From Longimicrobiales bacterium (lineage in GTDB: Bacteria > Gemmatimonadota > Gemmatimonadetes > Longimicrobiales > Gaopeijiaceae), in contig CBDCMR010000001.1 of NCBI GenBank assembly GCA_965219035.1, positions 381,529 to 445,528 on the forward strand: a DNA stretch of 64,000 nt. The letters run 5' to 3'. The notes beneath the pieces are model-generated. The model did not search any database. It was not told the origin of the DNA and saw only the letters and a program-made list of their open reading frames with translations. A program made the position numbers and the translations under genes. Each line of letters starts with the position of its first letter. Within the stretch, counting starts at the first letter, position 1. Positions 27,770-38,124 of this stretch are shown piece by piece.

Positions 27770-30358
27770 TCAGCCTGCTCCGGCCAACAGTCGTTCCGCC
27801 ACCTCGGGATCGATGCGACCCTGTTCCCTGCCGTGCTCGATGGCCAGGCTGATCAGTCCGGCCTGGCTCGACGGGATCCGGCTGACGGTCTCTTTGGCCA
27901 ATGGCCACCATCCCAGTTCGTCGAAGGCCTCGGGCGCCTCGAAGAGATCTGGTAGACCCGAATCCTCGGTCGGGACAAGGTAGGCCCTTTGCTCAACCCA
28001 AGCGTGGTCCGTTTGCCGCGGATCGTACGCGTAACCCTCCGACAGCACCTCGCCAGCCGCACCGGGTCGCCAGCCCGTCTCGAGCTCCATTATCCGGAGC
28101 AGCCCCTGGTCCGCGTCCTCGTCCGGGAGCAGGAAGCCCTTGGGCAGCTCCAGTCGCAAAGTCTCGGGAATGGACCCCAACAGCACCTCGAAATCCTCGG
28201 TAATGTCACTCGTACGTAGAAGGACACCCGCCACTGAGTGGTTGGCGCCCCAGACCCCGAGCAGGCCGCGGCCGGCGACTCCGGTGCGGCCTCGAGGATT
28301 GAGCGGCCGGCCCTGATCGTCCCTGAAGCGGGCCTCGCGGGCCTGGAGCACATCGCCCAGGCCGATCATATCTTCCGGGTCGGCCCACCCACCTTCCGCC
28401 TTGTTGGCGTCAGCGGTCAACACCGACGGATCGACATGATACGGGGGGTCATACTCATCACAGTCCAGAATCCACAGCGATTCGTCGATGGAGATGCGCT
28501 GACGGGCGGGGTACGAGGCCGGCCGCTCTGCACGGATCTTCAGATGGAAGTCGTCGACGACGAGATCCAGGGCCAGCGTTTCTGCCGAGTAGAGTGCGTA
28601 CGTCAATTGTCCCTCGTCGCACTCGCCCTGATCACGCCTCTTGTCGAAGCTCAGCGTGTGGAGCGCATAACTGAGGAGTGCGATCCGATATACCACCCAG
28701 TCGTCACTCGCCTTGAGATCGAAGCACCGCTGACGAATAACCCGCACGGTGCCGAGAATCTTGCGGAAACGCAGGTCCCACTTCGCGAATTTCAGGGCGT
28801 CGGGGAGCTCGTCGGCCTCGGAGGGGATCCGATGGCTCAGCAGGTACTCTTCAAACTTCCTGAGACGGGGAAGATCTTCAGGATCGAAAGCCTTGCTCAT
28901 CACGAACTTGGTGTCGCTCTCGAGCTTAGCGAAGTCGAGCTCGAGCGGATGGACACCGCTGTGCGTCCAGTCGATGAACCACACGTTGTCGCCGTCGTCA
29001 CAGATGACATTGGCGAAGTTGAGGTCACCATGTTGGATACACACCTCCGAGTGCACAGAGTCCTGGTTTCGGGTGATGACTCGAACCACACTCTCCAATT
29101 GATCGAGATCTACGGTTTCGGAAGGGGCGCCGAGGTCATTCATGTAGCCTAGGATGACCTCGCCGTTCTCCCGGAGCCACGTCAGCTGCTGCTCCAAATG
29201 GAGACCGAAGGCCCGGAACGGAGCCACCGGAGCACGCTCGAGCGTGTTCGCATAGAGCTTGCCAGCAAGTAGGTCCAGCGACTTGTCCAGGCGCGTCAGG
29301 AAGTGCCTCAGCGCAGTCTCGCCCTCTGCTTCCTCGAAGTGATCCTGCAACGTGGACGGGCGTCCTTCCATGGCGGCCAGCTCCATCCCTACACCAAGCA
29401 GATCCTCCCCGGAGACCGGATAGCCGAAGGTGGGAACATGCTTGCCGAAGAAGTCCTTGACCTGGTGGTACCCGTCGAGTTCTCGTCGCATCTGATAGAA
29501 GGCGTCGATCTTGATCACCATGGGCTCCGTGCGAGCCTCGCCCTTCCAGCCGTCTGCGAGGAAGAGGAAGCTTCCGCTGAAGCCTCCGGCTAGTGGGCGA
29601 AGGTGGGCCCGGGTCCAGTGCATACAGATCAGCTGAATGATCTCGCGAGCCTCGTCCGACAGCTCGGACCGGGCCTCCGTCGGCTCGATCTTGCAGGGAG
29701 CGGACCTCGGCAGGTGGATGGCCTCCGGATCCAGCCCGACCCATCGGGCAGCCTCCCAGAGATCGAGCAGAACTCGCACTCCAGATTGCGGGAGGTTGTG
29801 CCTCAGCGAGGCGTAATGGGCCTCCGACGTGGAACTACCCACGAGGTGGGGGCTGACGGCGACCCGCTCGAATCCGAGAGCAATGCGGAGGAAGGTCGCC
29901 ACGGCCTGAACCCGCTTCTCGGTGTGACAGCCGACGACCAAGAACGAGAGGTCCGCGGTGCCCGACTCCACGCTTGCATTGTCGGATCCAGCCAATTGAG
30001 CGATGGTGGCGACCAGGTCCTTCCAGGCGATGCGCCCCGGCCGGCAGGACACAATCGGTAGGTCGCCGGCAAGGGGCTCGACGGCTTCCACCCAGTCGGC
30101 CATCGCGTCGCCACCCTCGCGCAGGTCCCTTTCCTCCGGGCTAGACTCCACCACCTCCCTCAAGAGGATCAATCCCGGGCCGACCTCCGAGGTGGCCGCG
30201 GCCCGGAGCAACGCAGGAAGCGGACCCTCACCGTACCGCCGGCCTCGGCCCATGAGTCGACCGATCTCCTGGGCCCCCAGGTTGGCCGGGATGCCCTGGA
30301 ACTGCTTCTCGGGGCTCAACACGGGCCGCACGAGCCCGTCTCCGATCACGATGTTCAT
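27770..30358 (-). CDS. tri-domain protein: N-terminal isochorismatase-like (non-canonical), central APH/choline-kinase-like phosphotransferase, C-terminal NUDT9-like Nudix
   Basis: 862 aa. N-domain IVIGDG...DLSFLVVGCHTEKRVQAVATFLRIALGFERVAVSP has an isochorismatase-like layout but TEKRV where TDYCV is expected. Kinase domain has GGFSGSFLFLA and the Brenner motif CIQHGDLNFANVICDDGDNVWFIDWTHSG. C-domain NPRGRTGVAGRGLLGVWGANHSVAGVLLRT is the NUDT9/ADP-ribose pyrophosphatase N-lobe signature. Confidence 0.7.
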   Translation of the reverse strand: MNIVIGDGLVRPVLSPEKQFQGIPANLGAQEIGRLMGRGRRYGEGPLPALLRAAATSEVGPGLILLREVVESSPEERDLREGGDAMADWVEAVEPLAGDLPIVSCRPGRIAWKDLVATIAQLAGSDNASVESGTADLSFLVVGCHTEKRVQAVATFLRIALGFERVAVSPHLVGSSTSEAHYASLRHNLPQSGVRVLLDLWEAARWVGLDPEAIHLPRSAPCKIEPTEARSELSDEAREIIQLICMHWTRAHLRPLAGGFSGSFLFLADGWKGEARTEPMVIKIDAFYQMRRELDGYHQVKDFFGKHVPTFGYPVSGEDLLGVGMELAAMEGRPSTLQDHFEEAEGETALRHFLTRLDKSLDLLAGKLYANTLERAPVAPFRAFGLHLEQQLTWLRENGEVILGYMNDLGAPSETVDLDQLESVVRVITRNQDSVHSEVCIQHGDLNFANVICDDGDNVWFIDWTHSGVHPLELDFAKLESDTKFVMSKAFDPEDLPRLRKFEEYLLSHRIPSEADELPDALKFAKWDLRFRKILGTVRVIRQRCFDLKASDDWVVYRIALLSYALHTLSFDKRRDQGECDEGQLTYALYSAETLALDLVVDDFHLKIRAERPASYPARQRISIDESLWILDCDEYDPPYHVDPSVLTADANKAEGGWADPEDMIGLGDVLQAREARFRDDQGRPLNPRGRTGVAGRGLLGVWGANHSVAGVLLRTSDITEDFEVLLGSIPETLRLELPKGFLLPDEDADQGLLRIMELETGWRPGAAGEVLSEGYAYDPRQTDHAWVEQRAYLVPTEDSGLPDLFEAPEAFDELGWWPLAKETVSRIPSSQAGLISLAIEHGREQGRIDPEVAERLLAGAG

Positions 30359-30507
30359 AGGTCTGTCCTAGAGTACGCAGCCGTCCGAGACAAGGCCTGC
30401 AAGCTTTCCGACTTCTCAGCGGAGACGGCCGTGAGCACGTCCCGGAACTCCTGGCACTCGGTTTTCAACTGCTTGAAGTCGGAAGCGGAGATGGCCCGCA
30501 CCCTCGG

Positions 30508-30840
30508 TCAGAAGCCCTCCAGTGCCTCGGACTCGGACGTGAAGACCGCAAAGATCGTGCTGAAGCCGGAGATCTCGAAGACCTCGTTCACGGTCTCATT
30601 GAGGTTGCAGAGCCGAAGGTTGCCACCAGAAGTCCGTAGTTTTTTCGCCGTGGCGAGCAGGACGCGAAGTCCAGCACTGCTGATGTAATCGAGGGCCTCG
30701 AAGTCGACCAGAATCTTCCCGATTCCGTCGGCTGCCAACGTGTCGAACCGCTCTTGGGCCTCGGGAGCGGTATTCGTGTCGAGATTTCCAGTGAACCGCA
30801 CCACGGTAACGTCTTCCGTCTCGGTGATAGAGATGTTCAC
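30508..30840 (-). CDS. STAS-domain anti-sigma-factor antagonist (RsbV/SpoIIAA-like)
   Basis: 110 aa TVVRFTGNLDTNTAPEAQERF...LVDFEALDYISSAGLRVLLATAKKL with conserved phospho-Ser context. 4-bp overlap with the upstream kinase gene. Confidence 0.85.
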   Translation of the reverse strand: MNISITETEDVTVVRFTGNLDTNTAPEAQERFDTLAADGIGKILVDFEALDYISSAGLRVLLATAKKLRTSGGNLRLCNLNETVNEVFEISGFSTIFAVFTSESEALEGF

Positions 30841-31316
30841 GATTCGTTCTTCTCCGTTCGGGGCCCTTCTGAGAGGTAGATGATAAGGACGATCACGTTT
30901 TGATTCACGTGACGCGTGTAAGAGACCTCATCCGTGAGCCCTTCCACAAGAGGAATGCCGAGGCCACCTATCTTTCGATCCTCGATGCCGAGCCCACTAT
31001 CGCGGGCCAACCGCTCGAAGGGATTGAACGGACGGCCGTCGTCGGCGATTCGCAGGACAAGACGATCCGCACTCAACTCGACTCGGAAATCGATAACGTG
31101 CTCGTCATCGTCGTCGTAGGCGTAGGAGATCACGTTATTCAGTAGGTCGTCGACAAGGAGTTTCACGCGTCGACGGACCGGCTCGGTCACTCCGTGCTCA
31201 GCCGAAAATTTTTTAAATCCGTCATTTACCCGATCAATTTCATCGAGGCGGCTGATCACAGAGATTTCGAGTGCTACCACACCATCACCGTCAGCAGCTC
31301 CATTCGAAGCGCTCAT
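30837..31316 (-). CDS. anti-sigma regulatory Ser kinase (RsbW/SpoIIAB-like, HATPase_c)
   Basis: 159 aa. N-box VKLLVDDLLNNVISYA. G-boxes ADDGRPFNP and GGLGIPLVEGLTDEVSYTR. Confidence 0.85.
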   Translation of the reverse strand: MSASNGAADGDGVVALEISVISRLDEIDRVNDGFKKFSAEHGVTEPVRRRVKLLVDDLLNNVISYAYDDDDEHVIDFRVELSADRLVLRIADDGRPFNPFERLARDSGLGIEDRKIGGLGIPLVEGLTDEVSYTRHVNQNVIVLIIYLSEGPRTEKNES

Positions 31317-31348
31317 GATCCAAGCCTGTAACCCGTCAGTCTCCGAAT

Positions 31349-32653
31349 CTATCCGAGCTCCTTGGGGACATCGTCCGACCGGCCCTCTTTCCCGGCCCGC
31401 TCGGCGATACGCGCAAGATCGACCCCGGTGGCGCTTTTCATCTGCTCCATCATCACCACCGCGCTGCTCGTGAGATTCCGAACGTAATTGGGCAAGCCCT
31501 CTCCACCGCCCTCACCACCCCCGTCCAGGATGGTCAGCTTGTCCACCCTCAGATTATCGGCAACCACCCGTGTGACCTTGTCCACCAGGTCCGGGAACAT
31601 CCGGATCATGAAGAGCTCCTGTGCCTGCCCGCCGTCCCACTCCTCGCGCATGAGCCTGACCGCCTCGGCCGTCGCCTTTCCGTCTTCCATGATGCGGGCG
31701 GCTTCTCCTTCCGCCACGAGACGATCGGCCTCCGACCTGGCCCGAGCGGGGATCACCGTATCGGCCTCATGTCGCCTCTGGCTGAGCTCGACTCGCTTGG
31801 ATTCCAGTTCGACCTCGCTCTCGACTCTGGCGATGTTGCCCGCCACGTCGGCCCGTTCCCGGGCTTCACTCTCTTTGGCCTGGAGATTGGCGCGCTCGAC
31901 TTCCAGCGTATTCTCCTTCTGGATGACGATCTGCTCGGCAGCGATCTCGGCCTCCCGACCGATCCGCTTCTGGTCAGCCGCGACCTGCGTGGCCTCGGCG
32001 TCGGCCTCGGCCTCCGCGATCTTGGCATCCCGTCGTACTTCGGCGTTTCGCTTGCGGCCAATGGCCTCGAGATAGCCCTCACCGTCCGAGAGATCCTGGA
32101 TCTGGAAGAAATCGAGCACGATTCCCAACCCGGCCAACTCCTGACGAGCGTGGGCCGCCACCTCTTGAGCCAGATCGAGCCGGCGCGTGTTCGCTTCCTC
32201 GGGACTCACGCCCGCGATGACGCCTCTCAGCGCGCCCTCTAGCACCTGCTGCGCCGTCTTGTCCACTGCCTCGGCGCCCTTGCCCAGGAACCGCTCGATG
32301 GCGGCCTCGAGGCCGTCTTCTTCGCGACCGGCCAGCTTCACGTTGGCCTTTCCCTCGATGTCCACCGGGATCATGCCCTGGCACAGAGCCTTTTGCGGGC
32401 GCACATCGATAGTACGTGTTGTGAGCGAGAGTCGTCTGGCGGATTCCAACATTGGGAGCTTGAACCCCCGCCCACCTCGTATGAGGCGATACCCGACAAT
32501 CGACCCGTCCTTCGCCTTTCGTTTCCTACCCGAGATGATCACCACCTCGTTGGGTGCGCAGATAACGATATTGGCCTTGATGAAGATCAACAGGGCCAGA
32601 ACGGCCAGCGCCCCGACGCCCAGGTAGATCCCGATAAGCTGTGCTTGGTCCAT
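31349..32653 (-). CDS. flotillin / SPFH (band-7) domain protein
   Basis: 434 aa. N-terminal TM, SPFH domain, long Ala/Glu-rich coiled coil (EAEADAEATQVAADQKRIGREAEIAAEQ). Confidence 0.9.
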   Translation of the reverse strand: MDQAQLIGIYLGVGALAVLALLIFIKANIVICAPNEVVIISGRKRKAKDGSIVGYRLIRGGRGFKLPMLESARRLSLTTRTIDVRPQKALCQGMIPVDIEGKANVKLAGREEDGLEAAIERFLGKGAEAVDKTAQQVLEGALRGVIAGVSPEEANTRRLDLAQEVAAHARQELAGLGIVLDFFQIQDLSDGEGYLEAIGRKRNAEVRRDAKIAEAEADAEATQVAADQKRIGREAEIAAEQIVIQKENTLEVERANLQAKESEARERADVAGNIARVESEVELESKRVELSQRRHEADTVIPARARSEADRLVAEGEAARIMEDGKATAEAVRLMREEWDGGQAQELFMIRMFPDLVDKVTRVVADNLRVDKLTILDGGGEGGGEGLPNYVRNLTSSAVVMMEQMKSATGVDLARIAERAGKEGRSDDVPKELG

Positions 32654-32673
32654 GGTGTCGCCTCGACCGAGTT

Positions 32674-34110
32674 TTAGACGTTGAAGTACAGAGAAAATTC
32701 CCCCGGATGCGGGCGCAGCCGGACGAAGTCGATCTCCTTCTCTCGCTTAAAGTCGACCCAGGTTTCGATGAAGTCCGACGTAAAGACGCCGTCCTGGATC
32801 AGGAAGTCATGGTCCTTCTCGAGTGCCAAGAGGGCCTCATCAAGGGTGCCCGGTGTTCGCTCAAATTCGCTCGCGCCCCCGCGCGATGCCAACTCGTAGA
32901 TGTCTTCGTCAACGGGATCGGGTGGCTGGATCTTTCGCCGCACGCCATCGATCCCTGCGCACAGGATCGCGGCAAAGCTCAGATACGGGTTACACGACGG
33001 ATCAGGGGTCCGGAACTCGACGCGCTTCGACTTCGGCCCGCCGGTCATCGTGGGGATCCGGATACACGCACTTCGGTTCCTGCCCGAATAAAGCAGGTTC
33101 ATCGGGGCTTCGTACCCGGGCACCAACCGCCGGTAGGAATTGGTGGTTGGGCAGCAAATGCCGCAGAGTGCAGACGCATGCTCGAGCAGCCCGCCGACGA
33201 AATGGACGGCCAGCCGGCTCAGATCGCCGTAGGTTCCGGCCTGATAGAAGACGTTCTCGCCGTCCTTGGCCAGGCTTATGTTGTGGTGCATGCCCGACCC
33301 GTTCTCCTGGAGTAGCGGCTTGGGCATGAAGGTGGCGGTCTTTCCGAACCGATCCACGACGTTCTTGACGACGTACTTGTACTTGATGGAGGCGTCGGCC
33401 TGCTCGAGCAGCGGGCCGAACCGGAAGCCGATTTCGCACTGGCCCGCCGCACCTACCTCGTGATGGTGCAGCTCCGGCTGCAAGCCCACACGCTTCAGAA
33501 CGTGGGAAATCTTCGATCTCAGGTTGTTGTACTGATCAACTGGCGGCGCTGAGAAGTACGCACCCCTCTGCGAGGCTTGGTGGCCTAGGTTGGTGCCGCC
33601 CCCCTCTTTGCCCGTGGACCAGGAGGCCGCCGAGCTGTTGAGAAAGAAGTAACCGTGCTGGGTCGCCTGATCGAAGCGGACGTCGTCGAAAACAAAGAAC
33701 TCGATCTCCGGACCGAAGTAGGCGGTGTCGGCAATGCCTAGAGACCGGAGCAGCTGCTCGGCCCGCCGCGCCACGGAGCGTGGATCACGGGAGAATGTGT
33801 ATCGTCCGTTGGGATCGACGATGTCGCAGAAGACCGAGAAGGTGGGATCGTCAAAAAAGGGATCCTCGAAAAGGGAGGACGAATCCGGGATCAAAAGCAT
33901 GTCGCTCTGGTTGATCCGGGTGAATCCCCTCACTGAAGATCCATCGAACGCCATCCCGTTCCGGAACAACGATTCGTCGACGAGCTCTCCCGGGAGGGTA
34001 AGATGCTGTAGCGTGCCGAGGAGGTCGACGAACTTCAGATCCAGGAACTGGATCTCTTTGTCTTTGATGAGCCGGACGATATCCCTCGGGCTGGTCGGTC
34101 GCTTGGCCAT
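32674..34110 (-). CDS. glnA: glutamine synthetase type I
   Basis: 478 aa. LKFVDLLGTLQHLTLP, GPEIEFFVFD, MHHNISL, YRRLVPGYEAP and an adenylylation-loop-like region. Confidence 0.95.
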   Translation of the reverse strand: MAKRPTSPRDIVRLIKDKEIQFLDLKFVDLLGTLQHLTLPGELVDESLFRNGMAFDGSSVRGFTRINQSDMLLIPDSSSLFEDPFFDDPTFSVFCDIVDPNGRYTFSRDPRSVARRAEQLLRSLGIADTAYFGPEIEFFVFDDVRFDQATQHGYFFLNSSAASWSTGKEGGGTNLGHQASQRGAYFSAPPVDQYNNLRSKISHVLKRVGLQPELHHHEVGAAGQCEIGFRFGPLLEQADASIKYKYVVKNVVDRFGKTATFMPKPLLQENGSGMHHNISLAKDGENVFYQAGTYGDLSRLAVHFVGGLLEHASALCGICCPTTNSYRRLVPGYEAPMNLLYSGRNRSACIRIPTMTGGPKSKRVEFRTPDPSCNPYLSFAAILCAGIDGVRRKIQPPDPVDEDIYELASRGGASEFERTPGTLDEALLALEKDHDFLIQDGVFTSDFIETWVDFKREKEIDFVRLRPHPGEFSLYFNV

Positions 34111-34119
34111 TCGGGTTCC

Positions 34120-34455
34120 TCAGTAGAGCGCGCGGGTGCCGCGCTCCCCGGTCCAGACGGTCATGACGTCGACCAGCTCGGTGACGAAAACCTTCCCCGA
34201 CCCACCGCTCTCCATGGCCCCGCGCGAGATGGCCTCCATGGCTCGTTCGAGATTCGCGTCGTTGACGGCTAACTCCAGCCGGACGCGCTTTAACAACGAG
34301 ACCTCCTTCTTCACGCCGCGAAACATCTGCTGCTCAGTCCGGGGAGCAGTCCCCATCACCGAGGTCGCCGTCATATGCCGGATCTCCGCATCGAACAGGG
34401 CCTGCTTCACCACCGGCAACTGCTCGGGCTTGATCAACGCCACGATCATCTTCAT
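34120..34455 (-). CDS. glnK: nitrogen regulatory protein P-II
   Basis: 111 aa MKMIVALIKPEQLPVVKQAL...RHMTATSVMGTAPRTEQQMFRGVK (T-loop). Confidence 0.9.
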   Translation of the reverse strand: MKMIVALIKPEQLPVVKQALFDAEIRHMTATSVMGTAPRTEQQMFRGVKKEVSLLKRVRLELAVNDANLERAMEAISRGAMESGGSGKVFVTELVDVMTVWTGERGTRALY

Positions 34456-34474
34456 GTGGTGTGACTCCCTCGTT

Positions 34475-35785
34475 TTACTCGGTGGTGAAGATCTGGAAGC
34501 CGCTGTACGACTCGATGCCGTGCTCGTCGAGGTCGAGGCCTCGGAGCTCCGTTTCTCGCGACACTCGTAGACCGAGCGTGGAGTCGATGGCCTTGAAGAC
34601 GATCCACATGGTGATCGCCGTGAAGGCCAGGCAGGCGATGAGGCCGAGTGTCTGAATACCGAGCGCCCCGAAGCCTCCGCCCATGAACAACCCGTCGGAC
34701 GAGGCGCCGAACGCCTGCGTGCCCCACAGCCCTACGGCGAGTGTACCCCAGATACCACAGATGCCGTGGACCGCGACGGCACCGACCGGGTCATCGACCC
34801 CGATGGCGTCGATCCACGCGATCCCGTAGACGACCAGTACGCCGGCGATAGCGCCAATCCAGAGGGCCGATCCGGGGCTGACCGCCGCGCACGGCGCCGT
34901 GATCGCCACGAGCCCCGCCAAGGCTCCACTGAGCGCAAGAAGCAAGTCGGGCTTGGAGTACTTGATCCAACTGACGGCCATGGCGGCCACCGCCCCGATG
35001 GAAGGCGCGAGCGTCGTGTTGATGGCCACCCGCGCCACCACGTCGGGCTCGGCCATGCCCAACGTGGATCCTGCATTGAAGCCGTACCAACCGAACCAGA
35101 GGATGAACACGCCCAGTGACGCCAATGGAAGGCTGTGCCCTCCGATCGCGTTAGGCGACCCGTCCTGGTTGAACTTCCCGATACGTGGGCCGAGAAGCCA
35201 CGCGCCGACGAGGCCGGTCACGCCCCCCACGGCGTGGACTACGGTGGAACCCGCAAAGTCGTGGAAGCCCAAGCTACTAAGCCATCCTCCACCCCAAACC
35301 CAGTGACCGGCAATAGGATAGATGAAGGCCGAGAGGATGAACGAGTAGGCCAGGTAGGACGTGAACTTCATCCGCTCCGCCACGGCGCCGGCCACGATGG
35401 TGGCCGCCGCTCCGGCGAAGACCGCCTGGAAAAGCCAGAAGACCTCCACAGGCAGCCCGCCTACAGGCGATTCCACGCCCACCAGAAACCAGCCCTCCGT
35501 GCCGAACAGGAGGCCCTCTGTACCGTACATGATGGCGTAACCGAAGATGAAATACGCCAACGACGCGAAACAGAAGTCGAGGAGGTTCTTCATGAGAACG
35601 TTCCCCGCGTTCTTCGTTCTCACCAAGCCGGCTTCGAGGACGCTGAAACCCGCTTGCATGAAGAACACGAGCACCGCTGCGATCAGAATCCAAAGCGTGC
35701 TCAGTCCGTCATATTGCGGAGCGTCCTGGACTGCAGTCAGGAACGGTGCGTCGTTCAGTATGGGAGCGAAGGAAGCATGGCCCAT
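34475..35785 (-). CDS. amt: ammonium transporter Amt
   Basis: 436 aa, 11 TM. WILIAAVLVFFMQAGFSVLEAGLVRTKN, twin-His region. Confidence 0.95.
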   Translation of the reverse strand: MGHASFAPILNDAPFLTAVQDAPQYDGLSTLWILIAAVLVFFMQAGFSVLEAGLVRTKNAGNVLMKNLLDFCFASLAYFIFGYAIMYGTEGLLFGTEGWFLVGVESPVGGLPVEVFWLFQAVFAGAAATIVAGAVAERMKFTSYLAYSFILSAFIYPIAGHWVWGGGWLSSLGFHDFAGSTVVHAVGGVTGLVGAWLLGPRIGKFNQDGSPNAIGGHSLPLASLGVFILWFGWYGFNAGSTLGMAEPDVVARVAINTTLAPSIGAVAAMAVSWIKYSKPDLLLALSGALAGLVAITAPCAAVSPGSALWIGAIAGVLVVYGIAWIDAIGVDDPVGAVAVHGICGIWGTLAVGLWGTQAFGASSDGLFMGGGFGALGIQTLGLIACLAFTAITMWIVFKAIDSTLGLRVSRETELRGLDLDEHGIESYSGFQIFTTE

Positions 35786-36059
35786 GGGCCTCCCTTCTCA
35801 TGTTCTGGGTGGGTCAGATAAAGTGGATCGGACTGCGGCCCATCCTACCCAGCTGATCAACCGTTGGCAACCAAGGCGGCGGCAAGAAGGCGGAGGTCAG
35901 CGCACTCCACCCATCATAAAGCCCTGAGAGAACATCTGTCGGTCCGATCCCATGTCGCTGGTCGAGTTTCTCCAGCCGCCGGTCGCCCCTTTTGACGAAC
36001 GGCGGGTCCTGGCCTGACGTGTCCTCTCCGGAACGATCGTGTCAGTGAGCAGCCGAGAC

Positions 36060-37890
36060 TCACCCACCGAGGTAATCGAGCGCGACGACCGTGATGTCAT
36101 CGACGGGATCCGCCCCGCCCGTATAGGCCTTTAGCTCCTCGAACGACGCCTCCACCAGCCGCTTGGTGTCGGAGGTCCGATTCGATTCGAGAAACCCAAC
36201 CATGCGCTCCTCAGTGTAGAGTTCGACCGCCTTGTTCATCGCCTCTGTGACCCCATCGGTGTACATGTAGACCTTGTCTCCCGGCAGGAGCGTCCGTTCG
36301 TCTTCCGTATAGGACAGACCCGTGACCGCGCCGATGACGGGGCCGTGGAGCCGGTCGAGACGCTCCGTCGAGCCCCCCGCGCCAAGGACATAGGACGGAT
36401 TGTGCCCGGCATTGCAGTAACGGAAGGCTCCGTGCCCGACGTTCAGGATCCCAAGAAAGACCGTGACGAACATGGATTGATCGTTGTTCTCGCTCAGCTC
36501 GCCATTGACCTGGGTCATGATTTCTGAAGGCGACATGCCCATCATGGATTTGGACTTGATGAGAGTCTTCGATACAGCCATGAAGAGGGCTGCGCCGGCA
36601 CCCTTCCCCGATACGTCTCCAATCACGCAGCACAGATGGTCGGCGTCGACGAAGTAGAAATCATAGAAGTCACCCCCGACTTCGCGGGCGGGCTCAAGCC
36701 CTGCGTGAACCGAGATCTCGTCGCGGTCCTCGAACACGGGAAAGATGAGCGGGATACGAGCGGCTACCCTCGATGGGTACGCCAACTTGCACGACCCGCG
36801 GCGAGCCGGCGCCGGCAGCCGCCACGTACTTGTAGACCTCGCCGTCCGAGGCGCGCGGGGCCGTCGCAAATTCCACGCTGCCCTCGGAACCCTCCAGGAG
36901 CGGCGTGATCTCCTCCACACGAGGTACGGGTACGTCTGCCCCGCCTTCTAGCGGCGGAAGCAGACTGGAGTAGGCAACCGAGCCGTCCAGGTCGAGGACC
37001 CGGATTTCACCGATGACCGTCGCTCCGGCGATACGTCGCAGTCGGCTGTTGATCTCCTCCGCCGTCCAGCCGGCCTCCTCAGCCGCAACGATGAAGTGGC
37101 CCGCTATGGTCGCCTGCGCCAGCATGTGCTGACCGATGATCCCCTCGACCACGGCGGAAACGTCCGCCCGCTCCGTGGCGTAGACGTTCGTCAAAATCTC
37201 CTGCTCACCAAAGTCGAGTGCATTGCCGATCTGCACGATCCGCTCCTGATCGACGCCGCCGACTCCGACGTACTTGTAGACTTCTTGATCGATCTCCCGG
37301 ACTTGCGCTGGCTGTGTGATGAAATCGTCGTCGTCGATATTCGATTCGAGGAGCACATAGAACTTCGACGCCTGTGGCTGCACCGCCGGATCAGCCTCGA
37401 ATCGGAAGGGCACGAGCTCCCCGTTCTCATCGCGGACGTTAGTGAGATAGGAAAAGCCCACATTGTCCGTGATCCAGAACTCGTCCAGCACCGTGCTCGC
37501 CAAGATCGCGTCTAGGGTCTCGATGATGCGCCCGGGATCTTGCCCTGCTTCCTCGGCCGCCGCCACGAGGTGTGCCGCGATGCGGGCCTGTGCGATCATC
37601 TGGTCGTCGAGCGTTGCATCGAGCGTACGGGCAACATTGGCCAGCGAGATCTCACCCATGTCGGCGAAGCTTGCCGCCAGAAGTTCCGCTAGGTGCGTGG
37701 CGGCCCCCTCCGCCCCGTCACGAAGCGCGGTGGCGGAGTTGTAGAGCATGGTGGCAGAGGTCGCGGTGATCGTGACGGTGAGCAGCGCGGCAAGCGCGAG
37801 GAAGCCTCGCGCCGCAAGACGCAGTCCCCTCTTTGTCGACCGGATCTCTGTGGTCGGCGCGTCCTGTGCGTCCGTCGCGTTCTGGTTCAC
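36060..37890 (-). CDS. membrane-anchored periplasmic-sensor PP2C (SpoIIE/RsbU-family) phosphatase, frameshift near 36900
   Basis: N-terminal TM LALAALLTVTITATSA. Duplicated periplasmic sensor module (...HLVAAAEEAGQDPGRIIETL... / ...HFIVAAEEAGWTAEEINSRL...). C-terminal PP2C GGDFYDFYFVDADHLCCVIGDVSGKGAGAALFMAVSK...VYMYTDGVTEAMN...DDITVVALDY (ORF 36060..36920). Confidence 0.8.
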
Positions 37891-37920
37891 CTCACTCTCC
37901 TGTGCGGCAGCGCCCAGACA

Positions 37921-38120
37921 TCACAGACGCCACATCACCCACAACTGTGGGACGTTGTCGTCGTTGTTCTCACCCAGCTTGTTCCACCAGTACTGGTACT
38001 CGACGCCGACAAAGAGCTGATTGGCACTGTCCGTCAGTGCCTTTCCAATATCCCAACCAAGCTGCGGCTGCGCGAGGATCCACCCCTCTACGGCATCACC
38101 GAGCTCGTTGGTCGTCCCAC
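37921..38120 (-). pseudogene. C-terminal fragment of an outer-membrane Tsx-like or porin-like protein
   Basis: ...NQLFVGVEYQYWWNKLGENNDDNVPQLWVMWRL resembles a Tsx-family C-terminus. No upstream continuation; it abuts the LOG fragment. Confidence 0.3.
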
Positions 38121-38124
38121 CAAT

